A DNA stretch of 62,263 bases, counting the filler. It is 3 parts of 3 records of this genome, joined end to end, with 100 filler letters (N's around TTAATTAATTAA, not from the genome) between each part and the next. Parts side by side here need not be neighbours in the genome. Positions count along the whole stretch, not along the records: positions 1 to 22,437 come from DRR723986_4002; 2 more parts are not named here. The stretch is one strand, 5' to 3'. The position numbers and the translations under genes are program-made. The first letter of the stretch is position 1, and every line of letters starts with the position of its first letter. The notes beneath the pieces are model-generated. The model did no database searches. It was not told the DNA's origin and was given only the letters and a program-made list of their open reading frames with translations. This document shows positions 1-9,330 of the stretch, in pieces.

Positions 1-1
1 G

Positions 2-448
2 AATGTTCTTGTCTCTGCCCGGCCGGGCAGCTCCTGTATCGGTAATGGAAGAATGTCTTTTGGCGAGATCCTGACGAAAGCCGATTATTTGAGCCTTCAT
101 TGTCCGTTGACGAATGCTACCCGTGGGTTGATTGGGGCCAGCGAATTGGCGCAGATGAAGCCCTCCGCTTATCTTGTCAATACTGCTCGGGGTGCCCTAG
201 TTGATGAACGGGCACTGATCGATGCGCTCGATCGAGGACAGATTGCCGGGGCTGGTCTGGACGTGGTAGACGGGGAGCCGCCCACGAGCAACAATCCGTT
301 GTTTGATAAAATACGGCCAAACCTGTTGATTACCCCGCACTCTAGCTGGGGTGCCAAGGAAGCGCGCCAAAGAGTAGTCACCCAGATTGCGGAGAACATT
401 GCGGCTTGGCGAGGACAACGTCCGTTGCGGGTGGTGCAGCAAGGCTGA
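2..448 (+). CDS. D-2-hydroxyacid dehydrogenase (glycerate dehydrogenase-like), 5' truncated by window edge
   Basis: Motifs LSLHCPLT, LVNTARGALVDE, GAGLDV, ITPHSSW; frame is open back to position 2. Confidence 0.9.
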   Translation, partial: NVLVSARPGSSCIGNGRMSFGEILTKADYLSLHCPLTNATRGLIGASELAQMKPSAYLVNTARGALVDERALIDALDRGQIAGAGLDVVDGEPPTSNNPLFDKIRPNLLITPHSSWGAKEARQRVVTQIAENIAAWRGQRPLRVVQQG

Positions 449-508
449 GGTTTGTGGTTGGGCGCGACCCCAAGCTCCCAACCACTGTTTGTTTTGGCCC
501 GCTCTGGA

Positions 509-1402
509 TTAAAGCTCCTCCTCGTTGGGAAGGTACTCTTCTTCCAATTGATTGATCACGCTCATCCTCAAATCATTGACTACGGCGCCATGAGAGGATC
601 TTGTGATGGACAAGTCAGCTGCTGCCCCGGCCTTCCCAAGATCTGTTATGGCCGCCTTCACGGCATGGTGGATAGCTGTAACAGGCACAAGCGCGAAGTG
701 AACAACTCTTGCGCCAGTCTCGACGAGGTCTTCGCGGGAAAGGCTCTCCAACCATCCGACAATAACTAGCGATACCGGGTGCTCTACAGCATCTACAAAC
801 CGTTTGATATCTTCTTTGCTGGAAAATAATCGTGAAATGGGTTGCACCAAATCTGCACCTGCATCACGGTAGGCCTTGGCTCTGGCGACTGCGTCATCAA
901 AATCTACTGCGTCTGTCCGGGCAATGATTAGTGTTTCTGGATGGCTCCGGTTTTCCACTGCCGCGCGTATCTTGCTGGCGGCCTCATGTACTGAGATCAG
1001 AGTGTTGGTTGTCTCGACGCAGACGGGACATTTTTTCGGACTGACTTGATCTTCAATAACCACGCCCTGGACGCCGGCGCGCTCAAACTCATGCAAAGAT
1101 TTGATTACATTGATGGCGTTGCCATAACCGGTGTCCATGTCGGCTATGATTGGCTTATGTGCCACATAACACATCTTCTCAACGGCCAGTACGTTTTCTG
1201 ACCGTGAGTACATCTCAACATCGGGCAATCCCAATTGTTCCGCAGAAATTGCGAAACCGCTAGAGAGCATTAGGTCGATACCATCCGCATCTGAAGCTAA
1301 TCGAGCACTGAGCGCATCGCCTACGCCAACCGAAATTAAAGGCCTGTCATGAGTTTCGGCCAGCAGTTGCCGGACACTTTTTTTAACAGTTGCTTTGAGC
1401 AT
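509..1402 (-). CDS. Isocitrate lyase/PEP mutase family protein (C-C lyase)
   Basis: DALSARL, SSGF, IADMDTGYG, IEDQVSPKKC, IIARTDA; ATG at 1402 with AGGAG RBS. Confidence 0.9.
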   Translation of the reverse strand: MLKATVKKSVRQLLAETHDRPLISVGVGDALSARLASDADGIDLMLSSGFAISAEQLGLPDVEMYSRSENVLAVEKMCYVAHKPIIADMDTGYGNAINVIKSLHEFERAGVQGVVIEDQVSPKKCPVCVETTNTLISVHEAASKIRAAVENRSHPETLIIARTDAVDFDDAVARAKAYRDAGADLVQPISRLFSSKEDIKRFVDAVEHPVSLVIVGWLESLSREDLVETGARVVHFALVPVTAIHHAVKAAITDLGKAGAAADLSITRSSHGAVVNDLRMSVINQLEEEYLPNEEEL

Positions 1403-1434
1403 ATTTTTCTCCTGAAAGATGGATTTTGCCGGCT

Positions 1435-1989
1435 TTATACCTTCAGCTCTTGAAGGATCGTTTCCTGATCTTTGGTGTAAGTAATCCACAATCCATCGTG
1501 GAAAAGATTTTTGAATCCGATAAAGGCGAGCTCGATTGCGACGCCTCCAAAGGCGAAAGGAACCAGGAAATACACCGGGTATTTCGGGTACAACTCGCCT
1601 GCTGCGGGAAACGCGTGGCCCGCCTGCGTTCCGTCCAGGGCGTAGTTCAGAGAATAGAAGGCAACAATCCCCATTAGTATCAGTTCAGCCGAGACGACCA
1701 AGAGGTAGAGAGGCTTCTGAATGGTTTTGGGCATTCGATCAAATACTATGGGTATTCTGGGGGATACTCCCATAGAAAAGGCGAAGAACAAGATTGGAAA
1801 CACCGCAAGCGGCATGAAATAGAACATCACGATTTCGTAGACCCCAGGGATCGAGTTCCCGCTCAGATTCCGTGACACTACATCAGCAGAGATGGACAAA
1901 ATCATAGCTGCGAGGGCTACACCACTAAGCGCAAGACCAATGCCTTTGATAAAACCGAAAATGGTGTAAAGTCTGTTCAAAATACGCAT
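1435..1989 (-). CDS. TRAP transporter small permease (DctQ)
   Basis: About four TM segments, DVVSRN...PGVYEI pattern; adjacent to DctM. Confidence 0.85.
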   Translation of the reverse strand: MRILNRLYTIFGFIKGIGLALSGVALAAMILSISADVVSRNLSGNSIPGVYEIVMFYFMPLAVFPILFFAFSMGVSPRIPIVFDRMPKTIQKPLYLLVVSAELILMGIVAFYSLNYALDGTQAGHAFPAAGELYPKYPVYFLVPFAFGGVAIELAFIGFKNLFHDGLWITYTKDQETILQELKV

Positions 1990-1998
1990 AGCAAGACC

Positions 1999-3312
1999 TT
2001 ATCTTGTGACCGTTGAGGGAAGCCAGGTGGCCAGTTCCGGAAACAGGATCATCGCACCGCAGACAAAGACGGCCACTGCCACCGCCATTTTGGTCGCTGG
2101 TCTGAATATCTGGCTGGCCGGCACACCGCTCGTTCCCGCGGCAGAGTAAACGCTGAGACCGACCGGCGGGGTAATTAGTCCTAAAGTACAGATAACCGCA
2201 ATAAAGACTCCGAACCAGAGAACATCGATCCCAGCCTGTTCTATAACCGGGAGCACAACGGGCAAAGCCATGAGAATGACGGCGGTACCCTCGATGAACA
2301 TAAACAGCACAAAGAATGCGAGTGCCAGAATAATCAGCACAATCGAAGGGTATTGAATGAGGAATTCAATCAGTGACAGGATTCTTCGTGGTAAGAGTGA
2401 AAAAGACACGAATCGCCCAAAAATCGCAGCTCCGATTAGAATTAAGACGATCATTCCAGTTACAACGGCAGTATCCCTGATTGATGAGACCATAAATACG
2501 GTATCAACTTTGCCGAGCGTCAGTGCTGTTACAAAAGCTCCAAGTGCGCCAATGGCGCCTGCCTCGGTGGGCGTTACCAAGCCCAGATAGATGCCTCCGA
2601 AAATCAGGGTAAACATGAAGATGCCTACGGCAAAAACCGTGATAGCGCGTTTGGCGCTAATCTGCAGTTCTGCGGAAGGGGGAATTTTGTCAGCGTCTCG
2701 ACTGGTATGGTTCCGATGCATGATGATGACGCAGGCAACGAATACCAGCATGGTCAGAATGCCTGGGATCATGGCTGCCATGAAGAGCTCACTGATGGGC
2801 GTTTCCGTGATAACACCGTAAAGAATTAAAATGATGCTCGGGGGAATAATGCCCGACAATGAGCCGCTGGCTGCGGCTATGGCGCCCGCCAAGTCGCTTC
2901 GGAAACCATAGCTTCGAAGCTCAGGGACTGCCACGCTCCCCAGAGATGCGGATGTTGCTGCCCCAGAGCCCGATACCGCGCCCAAGAAGCCTCCGATCAC
3001 GACGGTCATAGAGCCCAATACAGTGGGCCTTCCTCTGGACGCTTTGTAAACCATGACAAAGGCATCCTGCACAACGCCGGACTTTAGAATGAACTGCGCC
3101 ATAATTACGTACAGCGGAATGGTCGTCAGGGCGTAGCTGGCAATCTGTCCGAATGGATCGGAGCGCAGGAATGCTGCAGCGATATTGAAATCTTGGATGA
3201 ATACCAGCCCCACCACGCCAATGCCAAGCAGAATTGAATGGATATGGAAGCCGGCAGCCATAAGGAAAAGAAAGGCGCAGACAATGGAAAGAATAAACAG
3301 TGGATCACTCAT
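1999..3312 (-). CDS. TRAP transporter large permease (DctM)
   Basis: Highly hydrophobic; IIPPSIILILYG, TPTEAGAIG, GLITPPVG motifs. Confidence 0.95.
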   Translation of the reverse strand: MSDPLFILSIVCAFLFLMAAGFHIHSILLGIGVVGLVFIQDFNIAAAFLRSDPFGQIASYALTTIPLYVIMAQFILKSGVVQDAFVMVYKASRGRPTVLGSMTVVIGGFLGAVSGSGAATSASLGSVAVPELRSYGFRSDLAGAIAAASGSLSGIIPPSIILILYGVITETPISELFMAAMIPGILTMLVFVACVIIMHRNHTSRDADKIPPSAELQISAKRAITVFAVGIFMFTLIFGGIYLGLVTPTEAGAIGALGAFVTALTLGKVDTVFMVSSIRDTAVVTGMIVLILIGAAIFGRFVSFSLLPRRILSLIEFLIQYPSIVLIILALAFFVLFMFIEGTAVILMALPVVLPVIEQAGIDVLWFGVFIAVICTLGLITPPVGLSVYSAAGTSGVPASQIFRPATKMAVAVAVFVCGAMILFPELATWLPSTVTR

Positions 3313-3390
3313 GGGGAGATATCGCTCTATTAATCGGGAAAGCTGCGCTACCGCTTGGTAGCGCAGTCATTCTTTACTGCGATAGGTGTT

Positions 3391-4485
3391 TTACAACTCG
3401 TGTATTGCGTCGGGAACGTCGCCACCTTGCTCTATCACGATGTCGCGCCATAGGCGGGCTAGTTTTTTGCCTGGAAGCCCCTTCTGTTCCAGGTTATCAA
3501 TGTAATCAAACCAGGTTTTCTCCATGCCAGACATTAAAACCTCCTGAACCTCTTTTGGCAGTTCGCTCACTGGAACGAACTCGGCTCCATTTGCCTGCGT
3601 TTTGGTCATGATGTCCTTACGACGATCGACCCAAAGCTGAGCGCCTTTGGTGATTTGGTCTGAGGCAGCATCAAGCATTATCTGCCGAAGGTCCTCCGGT
3701 AGGGCGTTCCACTGCTCTTTTGTGAGCGCCATCGCTGAAGCGAAATGTCCGAGGTTGACGTCCGTTACGGTATATTTGAACAGTTCATCAAATCCGTAAC
3801 CGGTCCAGTCGGAGATAAACAGAAAGCTGCCATCAACTGCGCCACGGCTCAGAGCATCAAAGAGATCGAACGCTGGCATGGTAATAGAATTGATGCCAAC
3901 ATTTTTTGCGTACATCTCGTGGATACGAGAAGGCGTGCGGAGAGTAACGCTTTGTACATCTTCCACGGTTTCAAATCGATGGCCGGTCGTGGAAATCGAG
4001 TACTCCTCTGAAATCGTGATTGGTATGGCGACCAACCCGTTTGCGTCATACTCAAGCTCAGAGAATGTTTTGCCATTCATTAGCGGCTCATCGCTTTCAA
4101 GTAACGCTTTGAGAGCAAGGCTACCAATCTTCGGGCTGGATTTGGTTAACGGCAGCATCGGGACTTCCGACATGGGGAACATGGATGGATCGTAGGTTGG
4201 CAGAAGTGGTGCCGCGATCTGAACGATACCCTGTTTTAGAGCGTCAGGCTCATTTGTGGCTTTGACAAGCTCCCCGGACACAAACGGCGTAAATGTGATC
4301 CGGCCATTACTCCGTTCTTCTACTTGCTCCATCCATGGCTTGAAAAAGCCTTGCCACTGACCGTGGTTAGCACTGAGCGCTGAAGTTACGCGAAAGTTAA
4401 AGGTTTCTTCGGCCATAACTGTGCCAGAAGCAAGGGAGAGAGCGAGGGCGGCGCCTACGCTCGCACGACGGATGCACCATTTCAT
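3391..4485 (-). CDS. TRAP transporter substrate-binding protein (DctP)
   Basis: Signal peptide; VEERSNGRI, LRTPS, DALSRGAVDG, WNALPEDLRQI. Confidence 0.9.
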   Translation of the reverse strand: MKWCIRRASVGAALALSLASGTVMAEETFNFRVTSALSANHGQWQGFFKPWMEQVEERSNGRITFTPFVSGELVKATNEPDALKQGIVQIAAPLLPTYDPSMFPMSEVPMLPLTKSSPKIGSLALKALLESDEPLMNGKTFSELEYDANGLVAIPITISEEYSISTTGHRFETVEDVQSVTLRTPSRIHEMYAKNVGINSITMPAFDLFDALSRGAVDGSFLFISDWTGYGFDELFKYTVTDVNLGHFASAMALTKEQWNALPEDLRQIMLDAASDQITKGAQLWVDRRKDIMTKTQANGAEFVPVSELPKEVQEVLMSGMEKTWFDYIDNLEQKGLPGKKLARLWRDIVIEQGGDVPDAIHEL

Positions 4486-4807
4486 ACCAGAATTCTCCAA
4501 AGTTGTTGTTTTCTAAAGGCCTACGGCATCGGTTCAAAGCCAAAATTGCGAATATCCCGCCAAAAACCGTACACCTGTTCTAAATATTTGCCGATTATCC
4601 GGGCGACTGTCAACAGAAATTGGCAGTTTCGGCTGAAATATCCGAATAATCAGTCTTTATGATAGAAAAGAGCTATTAAGTTTATGTTCGATATACTTTA
4701 TCACTAAATTTCCTTTTATATTTTACAAACAGTTGTTCTATTATTACTATCAGGGCATGTCAGAAATGCATTGTGGTCCTTGCCGCAGTCTTTAAGGAGA
4801 ACAAAAA

Positions 4808-5512
4808 ATGAAAGACGCCCTTGCTGCCTATGAATCTCGAGCTGAAGACGACAGCGTAAAGAGGCAAGAGAGAAGCGAGGTCACCAAGCAGGGGATACTG
4901 GATGCTTCTGAGAGACTGTTTGCGACCCGCAGTTTTGCCTCTGTATCGTTGCGAGAGATAGCAAAGGCTGCGTCGGTAGGGGTGGCCACCGTCAACTATC
5001 ATTTGGGCAGCAAAGATGACCTGCTCAAAGCGGTATTTCTGCGACGGGCCATTGAACTCAACCGAGAGCGGGTGGCAATACTGAATGAGTCCGAAGAAGC
5101 CGCTGCGGGTGCGACTATTCCTCTGAGGAAAATCATGCGGGCCCTTCTTCTCCCCGGTATTCGATGGTCTTTCGATCAGGGACAGCGCGGGCTATTCATC
5201 CAGTTCATGATCCGTTGCCAGCTTGATCCTTCTTCCCCGCTCAACGAGCTCTTCTACCGGGATGTCAAGCATCTACAGAGGTTTGTTCCGCATTTGCGCA
5301 GAACCCTTCCAGAGCTCGATGAAGCGGATATTCATTGGCGTCTGCATTTTGTGTTGGGTGCTCTTCATTACACGATTACGGATTTGAAGCGACTTGACCA
5401 AGTCAGTGGCGGACTATGCGACACGACCAACATGGATGAAGCTGTGGAACGGATCGTTTCGTTCTGTGAGGCGGCGTTCCGTGCAGGCCCCTGTTCAGGT
5501 CAGTTGAGCTGA
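4808..5512 (+). CDS. TetR family regulator (PsrA-like C-terminal domain)
   Basis: N-terminal HTH ILDASERLFA...SLREIAKAASV...VNYHLGSKDDL; WRLHFVLGAL C-terminal pattern. Confidence 0.9.
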   Translation: MKDALAAYESRAEDDSVKRQERSEVTKQGILDASERLFATRSFASVSLREIAKAASVGVATVNYHLGSKDDLLKAVFLRRAIELNRERVAILNESEEAAAGATIPLRKIMRALLLPGIRWSFDQGQRGLFIQFMIRCQLDPSSPLNELFYRDVKHLQRFVPHLRRTLPELDEADIHWRLHFVLGALHYTITDLKRLDQVSGGLCDTTNMDEAVERIVSFCEAAFRAGPCSGQLS

Positions 5513-5546
5513 CGAGATATGAAATTCTGTCCATCAGGAATGTCTT

Positions 5547-6800
5547 ATGACTAAAACAATTGCAGAAAAAGTATTTTCGCGGGTTGCCGGTCGATCCATG
5601 AGCGCTGGAACGGAAGCTGTGTTTCCGCCAGATCTCATCACGGCATACGACTATCCAGGCTATATCGATAAATATGAACAGCAAATGGTCGAAGAGCTTG
5701 GCATAACCAGTGTGAAGCACCCTGAGCGTTTTGTTTTGTTTATCGACCACCTCTACCCGGCAGGAACCCCGAAGGCTCAGCAAATTCATGCCATTACCCG
5801 AAGATTTGCAAAGCGCTACGGCTTCAAGCTTCACGAAGGTGAGGGAATTGGTCATCAGGTGATTTCGGAGAAGGGGTATATCAAGCCCGGAATGTTTGTC
5901 ACGCATTTCGATGGCCACATAAGTACTATCGGGGCTTTAGGTGCGATTGGCATTGGTATTCGGAACAGTATGATCGAAGCCTTCGCCACGGAAGAGGTTG
6001 CCTTGATTGTGCCGGGATCAGTTCGTATTAATTTAGAGGGCGCTCTGCAGCGTGGGGTTACCTCAAGGGACGTATTCCACTGGATTGTCCGGAAAATCGG
6101 TCCAGATGGATGTCGACAGGCAGTGATTGAATACGGTGGTACTGGCTTAAAGTCCATGGAAATGGATGAGCGGTTCACTCTGTGTAATCTGGCCATGTTT
6201 CTCGGTGGCATCTCAGCAGTGATGGAAACTGACGAGCGCACCGAACAGTATCTATTGGATACTACAGGCGAACGCTACCCGCCAATAGCTCCCGATCCGG
6301 GCGCGCGCTACGAAAAAGAAGTCACTATTAATCTATCCGAAGTAGAGCCGGTCTTAGTTGCTCCGCCGTCACCTGCAAACACTATTGCTATCAGTGATGC
6401 GTTAGGGACAAAGATTGACTCGGGTTACATTGGTTCGTGTGCCAGTGGCCGAATCCGTGATTTTGAGCAAGCCTTAGAGATTCTGGAAGGTAGGCATGTG
6501 GCAGAGTTTTTTCGCCTCAACGCTGTACCAACGACCACTAGAATTCAGGCGGAGATGAGTGAGCGTGGCTTAACCCCCAAGCTTATTTGGGCTGGGGCGC
6601 AGGTTCATGTTTCCACCTGCGATTTCTGCATTGGGCAGATGGGCGCTTTGAGTGCGGGTGAGCGGTCGGTGTCGACAGGGACATTGAACATTCCGGGTCG
6701 TATGGGCAGTAATCGTGCAGAGATATACACGGCGAGCCCCTACACTATTGCCGCCACTGCGATTAATGGGAAGATCACCGATCCACGAACCATGCTTTGA
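5547..6800 (+). CDS. 3-isopropylmalate dehydratase/homoaconitase family large subunit (LeuC-like)
   Basis: KTIAEKV start, FIDH, GIGHQV, [4Fe-4S] Cys motifs GSCASGR and TCDFCIG, GRMG, ASP. Confidence 0.92.
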   Translation: MTKTIAEKVFSRVAGRSMSAGTEAVFPPDLITAYDYPGYIDKYEQQMVEELGITSVKHPERFVLFIDHLYPAGTPKAQQIHAITRRFAKRYGFKLHEGEGIGHQVISEKGYIKPGMFVTHFDGHISTIGALGAIGIGIRNSMIEAFATEEVALIVPGSVRINLEGALQRGVTSRDVFHWIVRKIGPDGCRQAVIEYGGTGLKSMEMDERFTLCNLAMFLGGISAVMETDERTEQYLLDTTGERYPPIAPDPGARYEKEVTINLSEVEPVLVAPPSPANTIAISDALGTKIDSGYIGSCASGRIRDFEQALEILEGRHVAEFFRLNAVPTTTRIQAEMSERGLTPKLIWAGAQVHVSTCDFCIGQMGALSAGERSVSTGTLNIPGRMGSNRAEIYTASPYTIAATAINGKITDPRTML

Positions 6801-6810
6801 GGACTTGTAC

Positions 6811-7323
6811 ATGTTACCTACTATTCAAGGCCGCGCTGCCTGGGTATTTCGGGAGCCAAACTTCGATATTGACCTTATCGTCGGAGTTGACCATATGAAA
6901 ACCCAGGATATCGAGGTTCTCAAATCAGTATGTATGGTCGATTTTGACTCGAAATTCCCGAGCCAAGTTCGAGAAGGCGATATTTTGATAGGTGGCGAAA
7001 ATTTCGGGTATGGCCATCCTCATTATCCTTCCTGCCGAGCCCTCAGAGCATTGGGAATCAGCGCCATTATCGCAGAGTCATTCTCGCCCGGCTTCTACCG
7101 TGGCGAGTCTTCCAATGGATTTCCTCTTATCGAATGCCCAGGTATTACCTCCAAAGTTGAGCGTTGGCAAACCGTGTCTTTTGACTGGGATAGTGAGTTA
7201 CTGGAAATCAAGGAGACAGGTGAGACTTTGCAGTGTGGGAGAGTGCCACAAAAGAGTAAAGATCTTATTTTGACGGGTGGCATTATTGGGTATCTCAAAC
7301 AAGTGCGCTTGAATCAATGCTAA
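6811..7323 (+). CDS. 3-isopropylmalate dehydratase family small subunit (LeuD-like)
   Basis: GDILIGGENFGYG, IIAESF, GGIIGY; follows the large subunit; ATG at 6811 with GAGGA RBS. Confidence 0.9.
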   Translation: MLPTIQGRAAWVFREPNFDIDLIVGVDHMKTQDIEVLKSVCMVDFDSKFPSQVREGDILIGGENFGYGHPHYPSCRALRALGISAIIAESFSPGFYRGESSNGFPLIECPGITSKVERWQTVSFDWDSELLEIKETGETLQCGRVPQKSKDLILTGGIIGYLKQVRLNQC

Positions 7324-7841
7324 ACCGGCAATGCCTCAGAAAATAATAGAGCTCTAGTCGTATTTCGAACACCAAGTGGGTTTGGCGCAAGCCCGGAGGC
7401 CTGTGAGATGGCCTCCGAGTGAGTCTGCGATCTGTTTGTTAAGCGTTGCGCGTCAATAATCACCCGAACCGATCAGGAATTCTTTCCGTCTCGCCGTATC
7501 TAGCTAGTTACCTTGCCGATGCGTCTTTCCTAAACTGCCTGCCGCTCTGCGGTTTCTTTGTCTCAGGTTGTCTTGCCGTTTAAAGACACACCCCCGAAAA
7601 TAAACCAGCCTTCCTTGTGTCGGTTTGTGCCTTTGGCTGTTCCGACGAGTGACGGGCAATACCGGGGGTGTATTGCTTGCTAGCCACTCGATAAAGAGTT
7701 GTTTTACGTGGTTAGGCAAGCTGGGAAAAACGCTGAGCCCGAACCCGATAAACGTGCAGGCAGGGCAAAGGTTACGGAAAAGATCGGAGGCGAATTATTG
7801 AAAATGGTGGGCTCTGTCAGGGCGCCATTTGGACGCAAGCC

Positions 7842-7873
7842 AAAAAAAGGCCTGCGTTCTCACGCAAGCCTTT
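7842..7873 (-). terminator. Rho-independent terminator downstream of the tRNA-Arg 3' fragment
   Basis: Minus strand reads AAAGGCTTGCG-TGAGAA-CGCAGGCCTTTTTTT: hairpin plus U-tract. Confidence 0.65.
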
Positions 7874-7881
7874 GAAAATAA

Positions 7882-7926
7882 TGGCGCGCCCGATAGGATT
7901 CGAACCTATGACCTTTGCCTCCGGAG
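7882..7926 (-). repeat. 3' half of tRNA-Arg(CCG); probable att-site duplication, not a full tRNA
   Basis: Minus strand CTCCGGAGGCAAAGGTCATAGGTTCGAATCCTATCGGGCGCGCCA gives anticodon loop, T-arm and CCA; no D-arm or 5' acceptor strand upstream. Confidence 0.85.
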
Positions 7927-8066
7927 TGCGCCCTCGAAGGTAGGCAGCAACCGGTCTAAATCGGTGAAAAGTCTCAAAGATCAAATACCTAAAACAAAAA
8001 ACGTCAGCCTCCAAAACCCCGATATATCAGCATTTTAAGCCATTTAACACCGAAGTGTGGCACACC

Positions 8067-8202
8067 TTTGTCAGGTAACCGATGTCCGGAAACAGGACAT
8101 TTGATCGGTGCCCTCCAGGCACTCTAAACGGATATTTGGATCCAATTTTGTCGGGTCGGGGAGTGCAGATTTGTCAGGATTTCAGTGTCCGGAAATCGGA
8201 CA
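8067..8202. repeat. Two imperfect 33-bp direct repeats TTTGTCAGG-N7-TGTCCGGAAA-N2-GGACA
   Basis: Copies at 8067-8099 and 8170-8202, each containing the palindrome TGTCC-N7-GGACA. Confidence 0.75.
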
Positions 8203-8372
8203 CGCTTTAGGGGCCGGAGAAAACTAGATCGTTGAATTAAATAAACAATAGCATTCCTGCCATCATGCTACGATCAAATCTATCGAGCACGATTCGCTCG
8301 GAGAAATGCCATCTCTGCGTGGTTTCTTGATCAGGAGAGGTCGTTTTTATTGCGACATACAGTGGTGACGAC

Positions 8373-8537
8373 TCACTGTAAGCCCTCTTCAAAAGCTTGC
8401 AGGTCGTCTTCCCTCCAACGAGTTGTCCCTGGGCCGACCTTGACCGGTCGGGGAAATCTCCCCTCTCTGACCCAGCGCCATATAGTTTTAGTTGAGACTT
8501 TGTAACGGCTACTGACTTCATCGACGGTGTAAAACAT
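8373..8537 (-). CDS. AlpA family regulator / recombination directionality factor
   Basis: MFYTVDEVSSRYKVSTKTIWRWVREGRFPRPVKVGPGTTRW is the classic AlpA wHTH pattern. Confidence 0.85.
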   Translation of the reverse strand: MFYTVDEVSSRYKVSTKTIWRWVREGRFPRPVKVGPGTTRWREDDLQAFEEGLQ

Positions 8538-8780
8538 GGGCTTTCTCTCAACAGTTACGGAGGTTTCGATTTGTTCCGCATCAAACGAACCTGTGATACT
8601 CCAGGTGACGTTGTCTGAATTGATCGATGACAGCATTGATGAATGTCTGATTGGTGGCTATGGCCTGCTTGGCCTCTAATCGTCAGACTCAATGACCAGT
8701 TCGACTGGGTGAGTGACGTCGTTGGATCTGGCGACAGATCTGATCGCCGTGGGGAGGCTTAGAGATTGATAACGACTGAT

Positions 8781-9260
8781 ATGAAGCAGTATCCAATAAA
8801 AATCATTAGCGGTGGTCAGACTGGTGCCGACCGTGCGGCACTTGATGCGGCGATAGACCGGAATTACCTGATCGCGGGCTCGTGCCCGAAAGGGCGCCTA
8901 GCAGAGGATGGGGCGATACCGGAGCGCTACGCACTTACGGAAATCACTGGTGGCTATCGAGCCCGAACTCGAAAAAACGTTCAGACAGGCGACGGTACGC
9001 TTGTTTTCTATCGTGACGAACTCAAGGGCGGCACAGCGTTGACTGTTTCTATCGCTCTGAAGGAACGGAAGCCACTGAAGCTGATTGATATTTCCGTAGT
9101 AGAGCCGGCCCTAGCCGTTGAGAAGGTCCGGGAATTTTGCATCGAGAACGAGGTAGGGACGTTAAATGTTGCAGGTCCGAGGTCTTCGCAATGCGCTGGC
9201 ATCTACCCCTACGTCCTTGAGGTCATTTCCCGGTTGCTAGTTGATGCGTCGGAAAGTTGA
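8781..9260 (+). CDS. cpYpsA / putative molybdenum-carrier family protein (SLOG superfamily)
   Basis: KIISGGQTGADRAALD, CPKGRLAEDG, RTRKNV..DGTL, GGTALT, LNVAGPRSS. Confidence 0.85.
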   Translation: MKQYPIKIISGGQTGADRAALDAAIDRNYLIAGSCPKGRLAEDGAIPERYALTEITGGYRARTRKNVQTGDGTLVFYRDELKGGTALTVSIALKERKPLKLIDISVVEPALAVEKVREFCIENEVGTLNVAGPRSSQCAGIYPYVLEVISRLLVDASES

Positions 9261-9330
9261 TTGGGTTTAGGCTCAAGAGGCTTTTTCTATCGGTATAGAA
9301 TTGATGCCCGCAGTCTTTAGGCCAAGACTG

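Noticed and set aside
5547-7323. Housekeeping leuC/leuD
   Set aside because: No leuB nearby, divergent motifs, and a catabolic/transport context, so gene symbols were withheld.
7324-7840. Small ORFs or an ncRNA in the intergenic region
   Set aside because: No recognisable protein motif, RBS-supported ORF or RNA family signature that I can support by eye.
7882-7960. Complete tRNA-Arg gene
   Set aside because: No D-arm or 5' acceptor strand; similarity ends at 7926.
8067-8202. CRISPR mini-array
   Set aside because: Only two imperfect copies, a 70-bp gap between them, and no cas genes.
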